Origin: an uncultured delta proteobacterium
GTDB taxonomy: Bacteria > Myxococcota_A > Polyangia > Fen-1088
Direction: 5' to 3'
Assembly: GCA_963767925.1 (NCBI GenBank)
Contig: CAVYGB010000008.1
Location: forward strand, 352,001-416,000
DNA: 64,000 nucleotides
A program made the translations under genes and the position numbers. Shown here one piece after another: positions 50,662 to 60,680 of the stretch; position 1 is the stretch's first letter, and each line of letters opens with the position of its first letter. The notes beneath the pieces were generated by a model. The model did not search any database. It saw only the letters and a program-made list of their open reading frames with translations, and had not been told where the DNA came from.

Positions 50662-52383
50662 ATGTTTCCCGACAACGCCTCGCGTTCAAACGTCCCAAAA
50701 CTTTGCCGCGACGTTGCGGCCGTGGTGTGTACCTTGTTGATGGCCTCGGTCCCGTCCGCCTCGGCGCAGACGACCCCGGCGCAGCCGGCGGCCGCGCCCG
50801 CGCCCGCCGTGGTACCCATCCCGGCCAGCGTGACCCCCCGCCCGGGCACCTTCACCCTCACCGCCGCCACCCGCATCCAGGCCCCGGCCGCCCTCAAGGG
50901 CGTTGCCGAACGGTTCCGGGAGAGCCTGCGTGACGCCACCGGGTTCCCCTTGCCGGTGTCGACGGCAGCCTCCGGCTCGCGCATCGTGCTCGCCCTGGAT
51001 CCCCGGCTGCAGAAGGATCTCGGGGACGAGGGCTATCGCCTCTCGGTGACCAGGCAGAAGGTAGAGATCCGCGCCGCCAAGCCGGCGGGCGCCTTCTACG
51101 GGCTGCAGACCTTTCGCCAGCTCCTGCCCCCCGAGGCCTTCCGCCGGGCTCCCGCCGGCGAGGTGGCCTGGAAGGCGGCCTGCGTGGAGATCGAGGACAA
51201 GCCCCGCTTCTCCTGGCGGGGCAGCCACCTCGACGTGGCCCGCCACTTCCTGCCGAAGGAGTTCCTCCTCAAGCACCTCGATCTGATGGCGCTGCACAAG
51301 CTCAACGTCTTCCACTGGCACCTCACCGAAGACCAGGGCTGGCGCATCGAGATCAAGAAGTACCCCAAGCTCGTGGAGGTCGGCGCCTGGCGCAAGGACA
51401 GCGCCCTCGGCCCGCCGCCCCCCGAGCGGCCGCGCAAGTGGAAGTTCCGGGGCAAGCCCCACGGCGGCTACTACACCCAGGAGGAGGCCCGTGAGGTGGT
51501 GGCCTACGCCGCCGAGCGCTTCATCACCGTGGTCCCCGAGATCGAGATGCCGGGCCACGCCCGCGCCGCCATCGCCGCCTACCCGGAGCTGGGCAACACC
51601 GGCAAGCCGATCGAGGTCGCCACCTCCTGGGGCATCTTCGAGGAGATCTTCAACGTCGAGGACCGGACCCTGAAGTTCCTGCAGGACGTGCTCGACGAGA
51701 TCCTGGCCATCTTCCCCTCGAAGTTCATCCACGTGGGCGGCGACGAGGTCCCCAAGAAGGAGTGGAAGGAGAGCCCCGCCGCCCAGGCCCGCATGAAGGC
51801 GCTCGGCCTCAAGACCGAGGAGGAGCTGCAGAGCTGGTTCATCCGTCAGATGGGGGCCTGGCTCGACTCCCGCGGCCGCCGGCTGGTGGGCTGGGAGGAG
51901 ATCCTGGAAGGCGGGCTCGCGCCCGGGGCCACCGTGATGAGCTGGCAGAGCATCGAGCCGGCCATCGCCACCGCCAAGCTCGGCCACGACGCCATCATGG
52001 CGCCCACCCAGTGGACCTACCTCGACTACCTCCAGTCCAAGGACCCGCGTGAGCCGGTGGGGATCGGCGGCAACAACCCGCTCGAGAAGGTCTACGCCTT
52101 CGACCCCATCCCCAACGAGCTTGCCCCCGAGCTGGCGAAGCACATCCTGGGCGGGCAAGCCCAGATCTGGACCGAATACATGCCGAACGGCAAACACGTC
52201 GAATACATGGCCTGGCCCCGCCTGTGTGCCCTGGCCGAGTCGGTCTGGTCGACGCAGAAGGCTCGCGGCTGGGACGGTTTCAAGCAGCGGCTCGGCGACG
52301 CTCACCTGCGCCGGCTCAAGTACCTCGACGTGGCCTACCGCCCCCTGGAAGGGCCCCACCCGACCGCGCAGACGATTCCGTAA
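50662..52383 (+). CDS. GH20 beta-N-acetylhexosaminidase (secreted)
   Basis: Signal peptide; LDVARHF, FHWHLTEDQGWR, PEIEMPGH, HVGGDE and WTEY. Confidence 0.95.
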   Translation: MFPDNASRSNVPKLCRDVAAVVCTLLMASVPSASAQTTPAQPAAAPAPAVVPIPASVTPRPGTFTLTAATRIQAPAALKGVAERFRESLRDATGFPLPVSTAASGSRIVLALDPRLQKDLGDEGYRLSVTRQKVEIRAAKPAGAFYGLQTFRQLLPPEAFRRAPAGEVAWKAACVEIEDKPRFSWRGSHLDVARHFLPKEFLLKHLDLMALHKLNVFHWHLTEDQGWRIEIKKYPKLVEVGAWRKDSALGPPPPERPRKWKFRGKPHGGYYTQEEAREVVAYAAERFITVVPEIEMPGHARAAIAAYPELGNTGKPIEVATSWGIFEEIFNVEDRTLKFLQDVLDEILAIFPSKFIHVGGDEVPKKEWKESPAAQARMKALGLKTEEELQSWFIRQMGAWLDSRGRRLVGWEEILEGGLAPGATVMSWQSIEPAIATAKLGHDAIMAPTQWTYLDYLQSKDPREPVGIGGNNPLEKVYAFDPIPNELAPELAKHILGGQAQIWTEYMPNGKHVEYMAWPRLCALAESVWSTQKARGWDGFKQRLGDAHLRRLKYLDVAYRPLEGPHPTAQTIP

Positions 52384-52398
52384 AGGCAGGAGACTAGC

Positions 52399-54204
52399 GT
52401 GACACTCGATCTCATCGACTGGTTGGTCGTCGCCGCCTACTTCGCGGCGAATCTCGGCGTGGGCCTGTATTACCGCAAGCGCGCCAGCAGGAGCGTGGAC
52501 GAGTACTTCGCGGGTGGACGCAACGTCTCCTGGTGGCTGGCCGGCACCAGCATGGTGGCCACCACCTTCGCCGCCGACACCCCTCTGGCGGTCACCGGGC
52601 TGGTGGCCTCCCACGGCATCGCGGGCAACTGGCTGTGGTGGAACATGTTGCTGGGCGGGATGCTCACGGTGTTCTTCTTCGCCCGCCTCTGGCGGCGGGC
52701 GGGGGTGCTGACCGACGTGGAGCTGGCCGAGGTGCGCTACAGCGGTCCGCCTGCGGCCTTCTTGCGCGGCTTCCGGGCGCTGTACCTGGGGCTGCCCATC
52801 AACTGCATCATCCTCGGCTGGGTCAACCTGGCCATGGTCAAGGTCCTCACCGTGATCTTCCCCGGGCTGGCCTTCCCGGCGATCGGCGTCACCGATTCCA
52901 AGATTGCGGCGCTCCTCGTCGTGTTCGTGATCATGGTGCTGACCGCCTCCATCTCCGTGCTGTCCGGGCTGTGGGGCGTGCTCGTCACCGACCTCATCCA
53001 GTTCGTGCTGAAGATGGGCATGGTGATCGTGCTGGCCTACTACGCCGTGCGGGCGGCGGGCGGCATGGACGGGCTGCGGGAAGGGCTGGCCAAGCTGGAC
53101 GCCGATCGGGCGGGAGGCTCGATCCTCTCCTTCGTGCCCGAGGTGGGGTCGGCCTGGATGCCCCTGCTCACCTTCTTCGTCTACATCGCGGTGACCTGGT
53201 GGGCGACCTGGTACCCGGGCGCGGAGCCGGGCGGCGGCGGCTACGTCGCTCAGCGCATGTTCAGCGCCAAGGACGAGCGGCACTCGCTGCTGGCCACCCT
53301 CTGGTTCGCGATCGCCCACTACGCCTTGCGCCCCTGGCCCTGGATCCTGGCGGCGCTCGCCAGCCTGGTCCTCTACCCCAAGCTCGTCGACAAGGAGTCG
53401 GGGTACATCCAGCTCATCGTCGACCCCAACGTGTTTCCGCCCGCCCTGCGCGGTTTGATGGTGGCGGCCTTCGCCGCGGCCTACATGTCGACGGTGGCGA
53501 CCCAGCTCAACTGGGGGGCCTCTTACCTGATCAACGACGTCTACAAGCGCTTCTGGGTCAAGGAGGCGGGCCAGCGCCACTACATCCGGGCCTCGCAAGT
53601 GGCGACTGTCATCCTGATGATTGCCTCCTGCGTGGTCACCTACTTCCAGACCTCGGTCTCCGAGGCCTGGAAGCTCCTGCTCGCCATCGGCGCCGGGACG
53701 GGCAGCGTGCAGATCCTGCGCTGGTTCTGGTGGCGCCTCAACGCCTGGAGCGAGGTCTCCGCCATGGGGGCCAGCCTGGTGGTCTCGCTGTTCCTGCAGT
53801 CGGTCCTGAAGATGAACACCTCGGACCCCCGCGAGTTCGGCATCACGGTGCTGATCACGGTGGCGGTCTCCACCGTCACCTGGCTGTCGGTCACCTACCT
53901 CACCCGGCCCGAGACCGACCAGGTGTTGCTCAATTTTTACCGCCGGGTGCGCCCCAACGTCTTCGGCTGGGGGCCGATCGCCCGTCAGGCCACCGACGTG
54001 CCGCCCGTGCGGGACGGCACCACCAACTTCCTCGACTGGATCGCCGGGGTGGCCATGGTCTACCTGGCGCTGTTCGGGGTGGGAAAGATCATCTTCGCCG
54101 ACTACGGCCTGGGAATCCTCTTCCTGGCTGGCTCGGCGGCGGCGGCGGTCTTTCTCTACATCCACCTCAACCGGCGCGGCTGGAAGGTGGTCAGCGACAG
54201 CTAG
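52399..54204 (+). CDS. Sodium:solute symporter family protein
   Basis: EYFAGGR, SMVATTFAADTP, VAQRMFSAK and AAYMST; many TM helices. Confidence 0.93.
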   Translation: MTLDLIDWLVVAAYFAANLGVGLYYRKRASRSVDEYFAGGRNVSWWLAGTSMVATTFAADTPLAVTGLVASHGIAGNWLWWNMLLGGMLTVFFFARLWRRAGVLTDVELAEVRYSGPPAAFLRGFRALYLGLPINCIILGWVNLAMVKVLTVIFPGLAFPAIGVTDSKIAALLVVFVIMVLTASISVLSGLWGVLVTDLIQFVLKMGMVIVLAYYAVRAAGGMDGLREGLAKLDADRAGGSILSFVPEVGSAWMPLLTFFVYIAVTWWATWYPGAEPGGGGYVAQRMFSAKDERHSLLATLWFAIAHYALRPWPWILAALASLVLYPKLVDKESGYIQLIVDPNVFPPALRGLMVAAFAAAYMSTVATQLNWGASYLINDVYKRFWVKEAGQRHYIRASQVATVILMIASCVVTYFQTSVSEAWKLLLAIGAGTGSVQILRWFWWRLNAWSEVSAMGASLVVSLFLQSVLKMNTSDPREFGITVLITVAVSTVTWLSVTYLTRPETDQVLLNFYRRVRPNVFGWGPIARQATDVPPVRDGTTNFLDWIAGVAMVYLALFGVGKIIFADYGLGILFLAGSAAAAVFLYIHLNRRGWKVVSDS

Positions 54205-54230
54205 CCCCCAGCCAGTCCCCGGCTCGCTTG

Positions 54231-54881
54231 CTAGAGCGAGAAGGCGCGCCCGAAGATCGCGGCCAGGTGGCGGACCACCGGGCCGCGCAGCTCGTCGGTC
54301 GAGACCGACCGTCCCAGGCAGCTCGACAGGGAGGCCATCACCTGCGATTCGAGGCCGCAGGGGTTGATGGCGGAGAAGCGGGACAGGTCGGTCGACACGT
54401 TGAGGGCGAAGCCGTGCAGGGTGACCCAGCGCTTGACGGCCACTCCGATCGACGCCAGCTTGCGCGCTGGCGGCTCCTGCATCCAGACCCCGGTCCAGCC
54501 GGGGCGCCGGCCGGTGGTCAAGCCCAGCTCGGCGATGGCCTGGATGAGCGCCTCCTCGATCCCCCGCAGGTAGGCGTGCAGGTCGTGCTCGTCGGGGCGG
54601 AGCAAGAAGATGGGGTAGCCGACGAGCTGCCCGGGGCCGTGGTAGGTGACGTCGCCCCCCCGCTCGATCTCGAAGACCGGCATGTCCTCGGGCCGGAGCA
54701 GGTTCTCACGGCGGGTGCCGCGGCCGAGGGTGATGACGTCGGGATGCTCGACGAGCACCAGGGTGTCGGGGATCTCGTCGCGCTGGCGAGCGGCCACGAG
54801 CTGGCGCTGCATTTCCCATACGGCTCCGAAGTCTCGTAGGCCGAGGTCGATCACGCGGGCGGGGTGGGGGGAGGTGGTCAC
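54231..54881 (-). CDS. lipB: Lipoyl(octanoyl) transferase
   Basis: [41 protein letters not shown] and INPCG. Confidence 0.95.
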   Translation of the reverse strand: MTTSPHPARVIDLGLRDFGAVWEMQRQLVAARQRDEIPDTLVLVEHPDVITLGRGTRRENLLRPEDMPVFEIERGGDVTYHGPGQLVGYPIFLLRPDEHDLHAYLRGIEEALIQAIAELGLTTGRRPGWTGVWMQEPPARKLASIGVAVKRWVTLHGFALNVSTDLSRFSAINPCGLESQVMASLSSCLGRSVSTDELRGPVVRHLAAIFGRAFSL

Positions 54882-54917
54882 GGCAGGAGCGATGAAGTAT
54901 ACCGAGCCCGGACCATC

Positions 54918-57110
54918 GTGCCCGAAGCTCCCTCGCCGCCGCTCCCCAACCCCGGCGCCCCCCCCCTCGAGGCCGCGCTGGCGGCCCGTCTGCGCGAGGC
55001 CTTCCTGGCCTGGGGGCCGGACTACCGGCCCCGCACCCACCACCTCCATCCCGACGGCGCACCCCGCTACGTCAACCGGCTGGTGCTCGAATCGAGCCCC
55101 TACCTCCTGCAACACGCGCACAACCCGGTCAACTGGTACGCCTGGGGGCCCGAGGCCTTCGAGGACGCCCGCCGGCTGGGACGACCGGTCTTCCTGTCGG
55201 TCGGCTACTCCACCTGCCACTGGTGTCACGTCATGGAGGAGGAGTCGTTCGAGAGCGAGGAGATCGCGACGTTCCTCAACGCCCACTACCTCCCGGTCAA
55301 GGTCGACCGGGAGGAGCGCCCCGACGTCGACGCCATCTACATGAGCGCGGTGCAGGCCCTCACCGGATCGGGTGGCTGGCCCATGAGCGTCTGGCTCACG
55401 CCCGACCGGGAGCCCTTCTACGGCGGCACCTATTTTCCCCCCCGCGACGGCGCCCGGGGAGCGCGCTTCGGCTTCCTGACCGTCCTGCGTGACATCGCCC
55501 GCACCTACGCGGAGGATCCCGAACGGGTCAAGCGCGCCACCGGCTCGCTCACCGAGGCGGTCAAGCAGCAGATGGAAGGCCACGCGGTGGCCGGGACGGC
55601 CGCGGGCGAGCCCGGCCCCCGCCCCATCCTCGGCGCGGTCGACACCTACAAGCGGCTGTTCGACGACACCCACGGTGGTCTGCGCCGGGCGCCGAAGTTC
55701 CCCTCCAACATCCCCGTGCGGCTGCTGCTGCGGGTCCACCGCCGCACCGGCGACGCCGAGGTCCTGCACATGGCCACCCGCACCCTCGAGCGGATGGCGG
55801 CCGGCGGGCTATACGACCAGGTCGGCGGTGGGTTTCACCGCTACTCGGTCGATGATCGCTGGCTGGTCCCCCACTTCGAGAAGATGCTCTACGACAACGC
55901 CCTGCTGGCGGTGTCCTACGCCGAGGCCTGGCAGGTCACGCGCCGGCCGGACTTTGCTCGCGTCCTCCGCGAGACCCTGGACTACCTGCTGCGGGAGATG
56001 ACCTCGCCCGAGGGGGCGTTCTACTCGGCGACCGACGCCGACTCGGAGGGGGAGGAGGGCCGGTTCTTCGTCTGGAGCGCCGAGGAGATCGACGCCCTGC
56101 TGGGCGCCTCCGCGACCCGCTTCAAGGCCTATTACGGGGTGACGCCGGGTGGAAACTTCGAGGGGCACAACATCTTGAACGTCCCCGCCCCCGACGAGGC
56201 GGAGCAGGCGGCCCTGGGCGAGGCCCGGCAGATCCTGTACGGCGTGCGCGCCCGCCGCATCCCCCCCCTGCGCGACGACAAGATCCTGGCCGCCTGGAAC
56301 GGCCTGGCCCTGTCGGCCTTCGCCTTCGGCGGGCGGGTGCTGGGCGAGCCACGTTATCTGCAGGCGGCGGAGCGGGCGGCCGACTTCCTGCTCGGGAGCA
56401 TGCGCCAGGGCGCCCGCATCGCCCGCTCCTGGAAGGATGGGCGGGCCTCCGGACACGGTTTCCTCGAGGACCAGTCCTTCGTGGCGGCGGGGCTGCTCGA
56501 CCTTGCCGAGAGCACCTTCGATCCGCGCTGGCTCGGGGAGGCCCTGGCCCTCTCGGAGTCGCTGGAGCGGGACTTCGCCGACAGCGAGCGGGGGGGCTGG
56601 TTCATGACCGCCTCGGACGCCGAGCGGCTGATCGCCCGGGAGAAGCCCCAGTACGACGGGGCCGAGCCGTCGGGGACCTCGGTGGCGCTGCTCAATGCCC
56701 AGCGGCTGTACACCTTCACCGGCGACGAGCGCTGGCGCGAGGTGGCGGCGCGGGGGCTGGTCTCGGTCTGGAACGTCCTCCAGGCCCAGCCCCTGGCGCT
56801 GTCGGAGGGGCTGCTCGCCCTCGACTACCTGACCGACATCCCCCGCGAGGTGGCCCTGGTGCTTCCGGCCGGCGCTCGCCTCGATCCGCAGTCGCCGCTG
56901 GGCGAGGTCCTGCGCACCACCTTCCTGCCCAACCGGGCCCTGGCGGTGGCGGCCGAGGGCTCCGATCTCGCCAGCACGGTCACCTTCCTGGCCGGCAAGG
57001 TCGCCAGCGGTGGGCCCACCGCCTACGTCTGTGAACGGGGCCGCTGCGACCTCCCCACCCACGACCCCGAGACCCTGCGCGCCCAGCTCGCCCAGACCCG
57101 CCCGTATTGA
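54918..57110 (+). CDS. Thioredoxin domain-containing protein (YyaL/SSP411, DUF255)
   Basis: [41 protein letters not shown] and DADSEG. Confidence 0.95.
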   Translation: MPEAPSPPLPNPGAPPLEAALAARLREAFLAWGPDYRPRTHHLHPDGAPRYVNRLVLESSPYLLQHAHNPVNWYAWGPEAFEDARRLGRPVFLSVGYSTCHWCHVMEEESFESEEIATFLNAHYLPVKVDREERPDVDAIYMSAVQALTGSGGWPMSVWLTPDREPFYGGTYFPPRDGARGARFGFLTVLRDIARTYAEDPERVKRATGSLTEAVKQQMEGHAVAGTAAGEPGPRPILGAVDTYKRLFDDTHGGLRRAPKFPSNIPVRLLLRVHRRTGDAEVLHMATRTLERMAAGGLYDQVGGGFHRYSVDDRWLVPHFEKMLYDNALLAVSYAEAWQVTRRPDFARVLRETLDYLLREMTSPEGAFYSATDADSEGEEGRFFVWSAEEIDALLGASATRFKAYYGVTPGGNFEGHNILNVPAPDEAEQAALGEARQILYGVRARRIPPLRDDKILAAWNGLALSAFAFGGRVLGEPRYLQAAERAADFLLGSMRQGARIARSWKDGRASGHGFLEDQSFVAAGLLDLAESTFDPRWLGEALALSESLERDFADSERGGWFMTASDAERLIAREKPQYDGAEPSGTSVALLNAQRLYTFTGDERWREVAARGLVSVWNVLQAQPLALSEGLLALDYLTDIPREVALVLPAGARLDPQSPLGEVLRTTFLPNRALAVAAEGSDLASTVTFLAGKVASGGPTAYVCERGRCDLPTHDPETLRAQLAQTRPY

Positions 57111-57498
57111 CCGGGCCCCCGGCCGGGCCGCCTGCTGCTTGGCGGGGGGCTGCAGGGCGGTGCGGGCCTGCTTGCGGGCCGCCTCGGGCAGCTTGGCATC
57201 GGCGGCCATGGCCTGCAGCCGGGCGCGGGCCTCGGGGGTGCCGGCGTTGGCGTAGTAGTTGACGGCCAGGCTGGCGATCGACACGTGGCTGCCAAACTGC
57301 CGCAGGGTCTCGTCGACGATGGGCACCCCGCCGACCCGCCAGAACACGAAGGGCATAGACCGGCTCGAACGTCTGCCGGTAGAAGCTCTCGATCGCTTCG
57401 ACGTCCCCGCGGCAGATCGCCGCGACATCGATGGCCGCAGCGTCCGGGATGCTCCCGGAAGTGACGGTGGCCTCAGCGGTTCGAGGATCGAGTCGCAC
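57111..57498 (-). pseudogene. Chimeric remnant: ECF sigma factor N-terminus joined to an unrelated helical fragment
   Basis: RGDVEAIESFYRQTFEPVYA then, after a one-base shift, FVFWRVGG resembles the start of ECF region 2; no region 4 follows and there is no nearby stop. Confidence 0.45.
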
Positions 57499-57623
57499 GA
57501 ATGAGCCTGAGTGTAAAACTCGTTCGTTTTCCTTCGCCCAGGGTGGACACGTTGCAACCCTGCGGATAGATTGGCGCTCACAAACGTCAAAAAAGTACGA
57601 CGCAACAATCAGGAGGTCCCCGC

Positions 57624-58361
57624 ATGCGACATCTGGTCTCGACCGCGCGCAGCCTGGCCGCGGTCTTCGTTCTCACCGCCGTGGCCGTCGCCGCCGGCTG
57701 CGCCACCGAGCAGAAGGTGCTCAAGACGCCGTATTACACGCTTTCACACCCCGACTACTGGCAGGTCAAGAAGGTCGGCGACAAGCCGGCGGAGCCCACC
57801 GTGGTCTCGATCGGGACCTATGGCTCCACGGTGATCAACGAGGGCAGCGGCGCGACCGAGGGCGCGGCCTACGAGTCGTCGCAGGCCGAGGTCGAGGTGC
57901 GGGTGTTCGCCTGGCCGGAGCCCGCGGGTGGGCCCGAAAACGCGACCCCCACCGATCGCGTCTCACAGCTCCTCTTCAAGGACCCCGAGCTGCAGATCGG
58001 CAAACACGGCCTCATCCCGCAGCAGCAGGCGGAGTGTGGGAAGGAGTTCCAGCGGAAGTACACCGTGCTCGGCGCCGAGCAGACCCCGCTGGACCTGCTG
58101 GTCCAGCCCGGGTGGCGCACCATCCTGCTGGGGGGCAAGGCCCCGGGCCTGCTCATCGGGGTGGTCTCGCGGGTGCCCTACGAGCAGGACGGCGGCCTGT
58201 ACTGCCACAATCTGAGCAACATGCGCACCCAGCTCGGCCTCTTCCTGGAGAAGCTCGCCCCCGCGTCCGCGACCGCCGCAGCGCCAGGCGTGGCACCAGC
58301 CGAGCCGGCCGAGCCGGCCCCCAGCGCCCCCGCTCCCGCTGCGCCCGCTCCCACGCCCTGA
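57624..58361 (+). CDS. Hypothetical lipoprotein
   Basis: SD AGGAGG; lipobox AAGC; Pro/Ala-rich tail. Confidence 0.85.
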   Translation: MRHLVSTARSLAAVFVLTAVAVAAGCATEQKVLKTPYYTLSHPDYWQVKKVGDKPAEPTVVSIGTYGSTVINEGSGATEGAAYESSQAEVEVRVFAWPEPAGGPENATPTDRVSQLLFKDPELQIGKHGLIPQQQAECGKEFQRKYTVLGAEQTPLDLLVQPGWRTILLGGKAPGLLIGVVSRVPYEQDGGLYCHNLSNMRTQLGLFLEKLAPASATAAAPGVAPAEPAEPAPSAPAPAAPAPTP

Positions 58362-58374
58362 TCGGAAGGGGCAG

Positions 58375-58457
58375 GTCTTCCGTATTCGTGCGCGAGCACG
58401 TGGTCGTGCACGTCTTCCGTGCACGAGAGTCGTGCACGTCTTCCGTGAACGTGCACG
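58375..58457. repeat. Cluster of CGTGCACG palindromes with 13-bp period
   Basis: CGTGCACG at 58405, 58418, 58431 and 58450; variant CGTGAACG at 58444. Confidence 0.8.
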
Positions 58458-58511
58458 ACCGGAGCGCTCTTCACACCCGTCGCGGCCTTTCTGGTCCCCT
58501 GTTCCAGGGGA

Positions 58512-59306
58512 CTAGCTGACCGCGCGGTCGGCGGGGGCGGCCTCGCCCTCTTGCGACGGGAGGGCGAGGACCACTCGGTTGCGGCCCCGTTCCTTGGCCT
58601 GGTAAAGGGCGTGGTCCGCGGCCTGGAGCAGGGCGCTGCCCGATTGGGCCCGACCGCGCCGGTCCGAGGCGGCTACCCCGAAGGACGCGGTGGTGCGCAG
58701 CAGGGTGCCGTCGAGCTCGATGGCGGTGGTGGCGAGGCGGGAGCGGGCCCGTTCGGCCCAGGCCTGGGCGGCGGCGTCGTCGGCGTGTGGCAAGAGCGCC
58801 ACGAACTCCTCGCCGCCGTAACGGGCGACGGTGTCGCCCCGGCGCTTCTCCACGTCGAGGAGACGGGCCACCTCCCGGAGCATGGCGTCTCCGGCGGCGT
58901 GGCCGTACCGATCGTTGAGCAGCTTGAAGCGGTCGAGATCGATCATCACCACCGCCAGCGAAGCGCCGTAGCGCTTGCTGCGCTCGAACTCGTTCTCGAG
59001 CCGTTCGTCGAGCGCCCGGCGGTTGGGAATGCCGGTCAGCGCATCGGTCGTCGACAGCGCCTGCAGGCTGGCGGTGAGCTGGGCCAGCGAGCGGTTCTGA
59101 TTGGCGAGCTGATCTTCCTTGCGGCCGAGGAGCCAGCCCAGCCCGCCCAGCGCCGAGCATCCACCCACGAGCATGACCAGGAACAGATGGACCGGGTCGA
59201 TGCTCCGGTCGACGACCAGGGCATAGAGAACCAGCCCGAGCGGCATCAGCACGCCAGCCGCCCCACCCAGTAACGCGAATCGCACGGAGTTTCGCACGTC
59301 GCTCAT
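58512..59306 (-). CDS. Membrane-anchored diguanylate cyclase (GGDEF)
   Basis: Two TM helices, coiled coil, DALTG, DLDRFK, RxxD I-site (RRGD) and GGEEF. Confidence 0.95.
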   Translation of the reverse strand: MSDVRNSVRFALLGGAAGVLMPLGLVLYALVVDRSIDPVHLFLVMLVGGCSALGGLGWLLGRKEDQLANQNRSLAQLTASLQALSTTDALTGIPNRRALDERLENEFERSKRYGASLAVVMIDLDRFKLLNDRYGHAAGDAMLREVARLLDVEKRRGDTVARYGGEEFVALLPHADDAAAQAWAERARSRLATTAIELDGTLLRTTASFGVAASDRRGRAQSGSALLQAADHALYQAKERGRNRVVLALPSQEGEAAPADRAVS

Positions 59307-59550
59307 CCCAGTCTGCAACCGTCGTACCCGGCTGGCAATTCCCGGAATGCCGGGCCGGGTACCGTAACCTATACGGGCATCGGGACCCCGAGGCCGTTAA
59401 CAGACGGTGACTTATTGGGCCTCTGGGCGGCCCCTGGTTGACACGATCGGGCGACCCTCCGTTACCGCCGGGACGGTGTTCCCGACTCGACCCAGGGGCC
59501 AGGCGCGCGGGAACCGCAGGTGCCGCACCCGGGGTCTGCCGATAACGCAG

Positions 59551-60180
59551 TCAGGACGTGCGCCGGTGCGCCTCGTCGACGGTGCCGTTTTTCCGACCCA
59601 CCTGATACTCGTGAATCTTGTACTGGATCTTGCGCACACTGATCCCGAGCACCTCGGCCGCCTTGCTGGTCGATCCACCACACGCCTCGAGCCCCTTGAG
59701 GATCGCGTAGCGCTCGATCTCGTAGAGCGTGGAGCCCGGGATCCGGATCGTATCGTAACCATCCCGTTCCGCCAGGCGCCCGCGCAGCTCGTCGGTCTCG
59801 CGCAGGAGCTGCAGCCGGTCGAGCTCCCGATCCAGGACAAGCACCAGCTCGGGCGGGTTGAGCGGTTTGGCCAGGTACTGGGCCGCGCCCTCCTCGAGCG
59901 CCGCCAGGGCGGTGTCGCCGCCGCCGAAGGCGCTCATCACCACGACCGATGTGCGCGGCCTCACCTCGCTGCGCAGGCGGCGCAGGAGCTCCAGCCCGCT
60001 CATGCCGGGCATGTCCAGGTCGGTGAGCACCACATCGGGGGCGAAGCTCTCCAGCTTCTGGAGGGCCTTGTTCCCGTCGGCCGCCGTATCTACAGAATAG
60101 CCCTGTTCGCCCAGCATCTCGGCCAGGCTGCGCAGCGCCGTTGCCTCGTCTTCGACCACCAGGACCCGCCCTTTCCTCAT
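59551..60180 (-). CDS. Response regulator with REC plus Fis-type HTH and no AAA+ domain
   Basis: VVEDE, TDLDMP and AKP; then TLYEIERYAI...KAAEVLGISVRKIQYKI. Confidence 0.88.
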   Translation of the reverse strand: MRKGRVLVVEDEATALRSLAEMLGEQGYSVDTAADGNKALQKLESFAPDVVLTDLDMPGMSGLELLRRLRSEVRPRTSVVVMSAFGGGDTALAALEEGAAQYLAKPLNPPELVLVLDRELDRLQLLRETDELRGRLAERDGYDTIRIPGSTLYEIERYAILKGLEACGGSTSKAAEVLGISVRKIQYKIHEYQVGRKNGTVDEAHRRTS

Positions 60181-60227
60181 ACCTGATCACATTGCAAGAC
60201 ATGAGCCGGCCGTGGGAGGGCGGTTTG

Positions 60228-60668
60228 TCAGTCTGCGCTACGGTCTTGCTGCGAACGGGCGTGGGGTCGGAGGCTGCGCGCGACGAGGCCGAGACCAGCG
60301 GCGAGGAGGCCCAGGATGATGAGCGTGTTGATGAGGCTCGTCCGCTGAAAGTAGATGTCCATGTTCGCGATTATCCCCACCACGATGAACAGCAGGCCAC
60401 CGACGGTGAGCACCCAGCCGATGATCGACTTGCCGTTGAAGAACAGCAGGGCGATACCGATGAGGAGCGGGATCAGGGTGATGCCGAAGCTGTTGTTCAT
60501 GCCCCCGAACCGCCAGAACGAGGTGTGAACCGTTACCCGATCGAACAGGAGGTAGAGACCGATACCCGACAGCACGATCCCGAGAAGGAACTCCCCCATG
60601 CCCCCCGGCGTTCCTCCCGGACCTTCGAAGCGCTTGCGTCCCCCGAAGCTCGCCCCCGAATCGCTCAT
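60228..60668 (-). CDS. Small 4-TM membrane protein
   Basis: GPGGTPGG N-terminal motif; four hydrophobic helices; SD GGAGG. Confidence 0.85.
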   Translation of the reverse strand: MSDSGASFGGRKRFEGPGGTPGGMGEFLLGIVLSGIGLYLLFDRVTVHTSFWRFGGMNNSFGITLIPLLIGIALLFFNGKSIIGWVLTVGGLLFIVVGIIANMDIYFQRTSLINTLIILGLLAAGLGLVARSLRPHARSQQDRSAD

Positions 60669-60680
60669 CGTCCCTCCATA

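Noticed and set aside
50686..54165. 1159-aa minus-strand ORF and similar long antisense ORFs elsewhere
   Set aside because: Stop-poor shadows expected at this GC content, opposite clearly recognisable genes.
59429..59501. tRNA candidate (73 nt, 7-bp terminal stem)
   Set aside because: No TTCRA T-loop, D-loop or anticodon arm; it folds as a rod instead.
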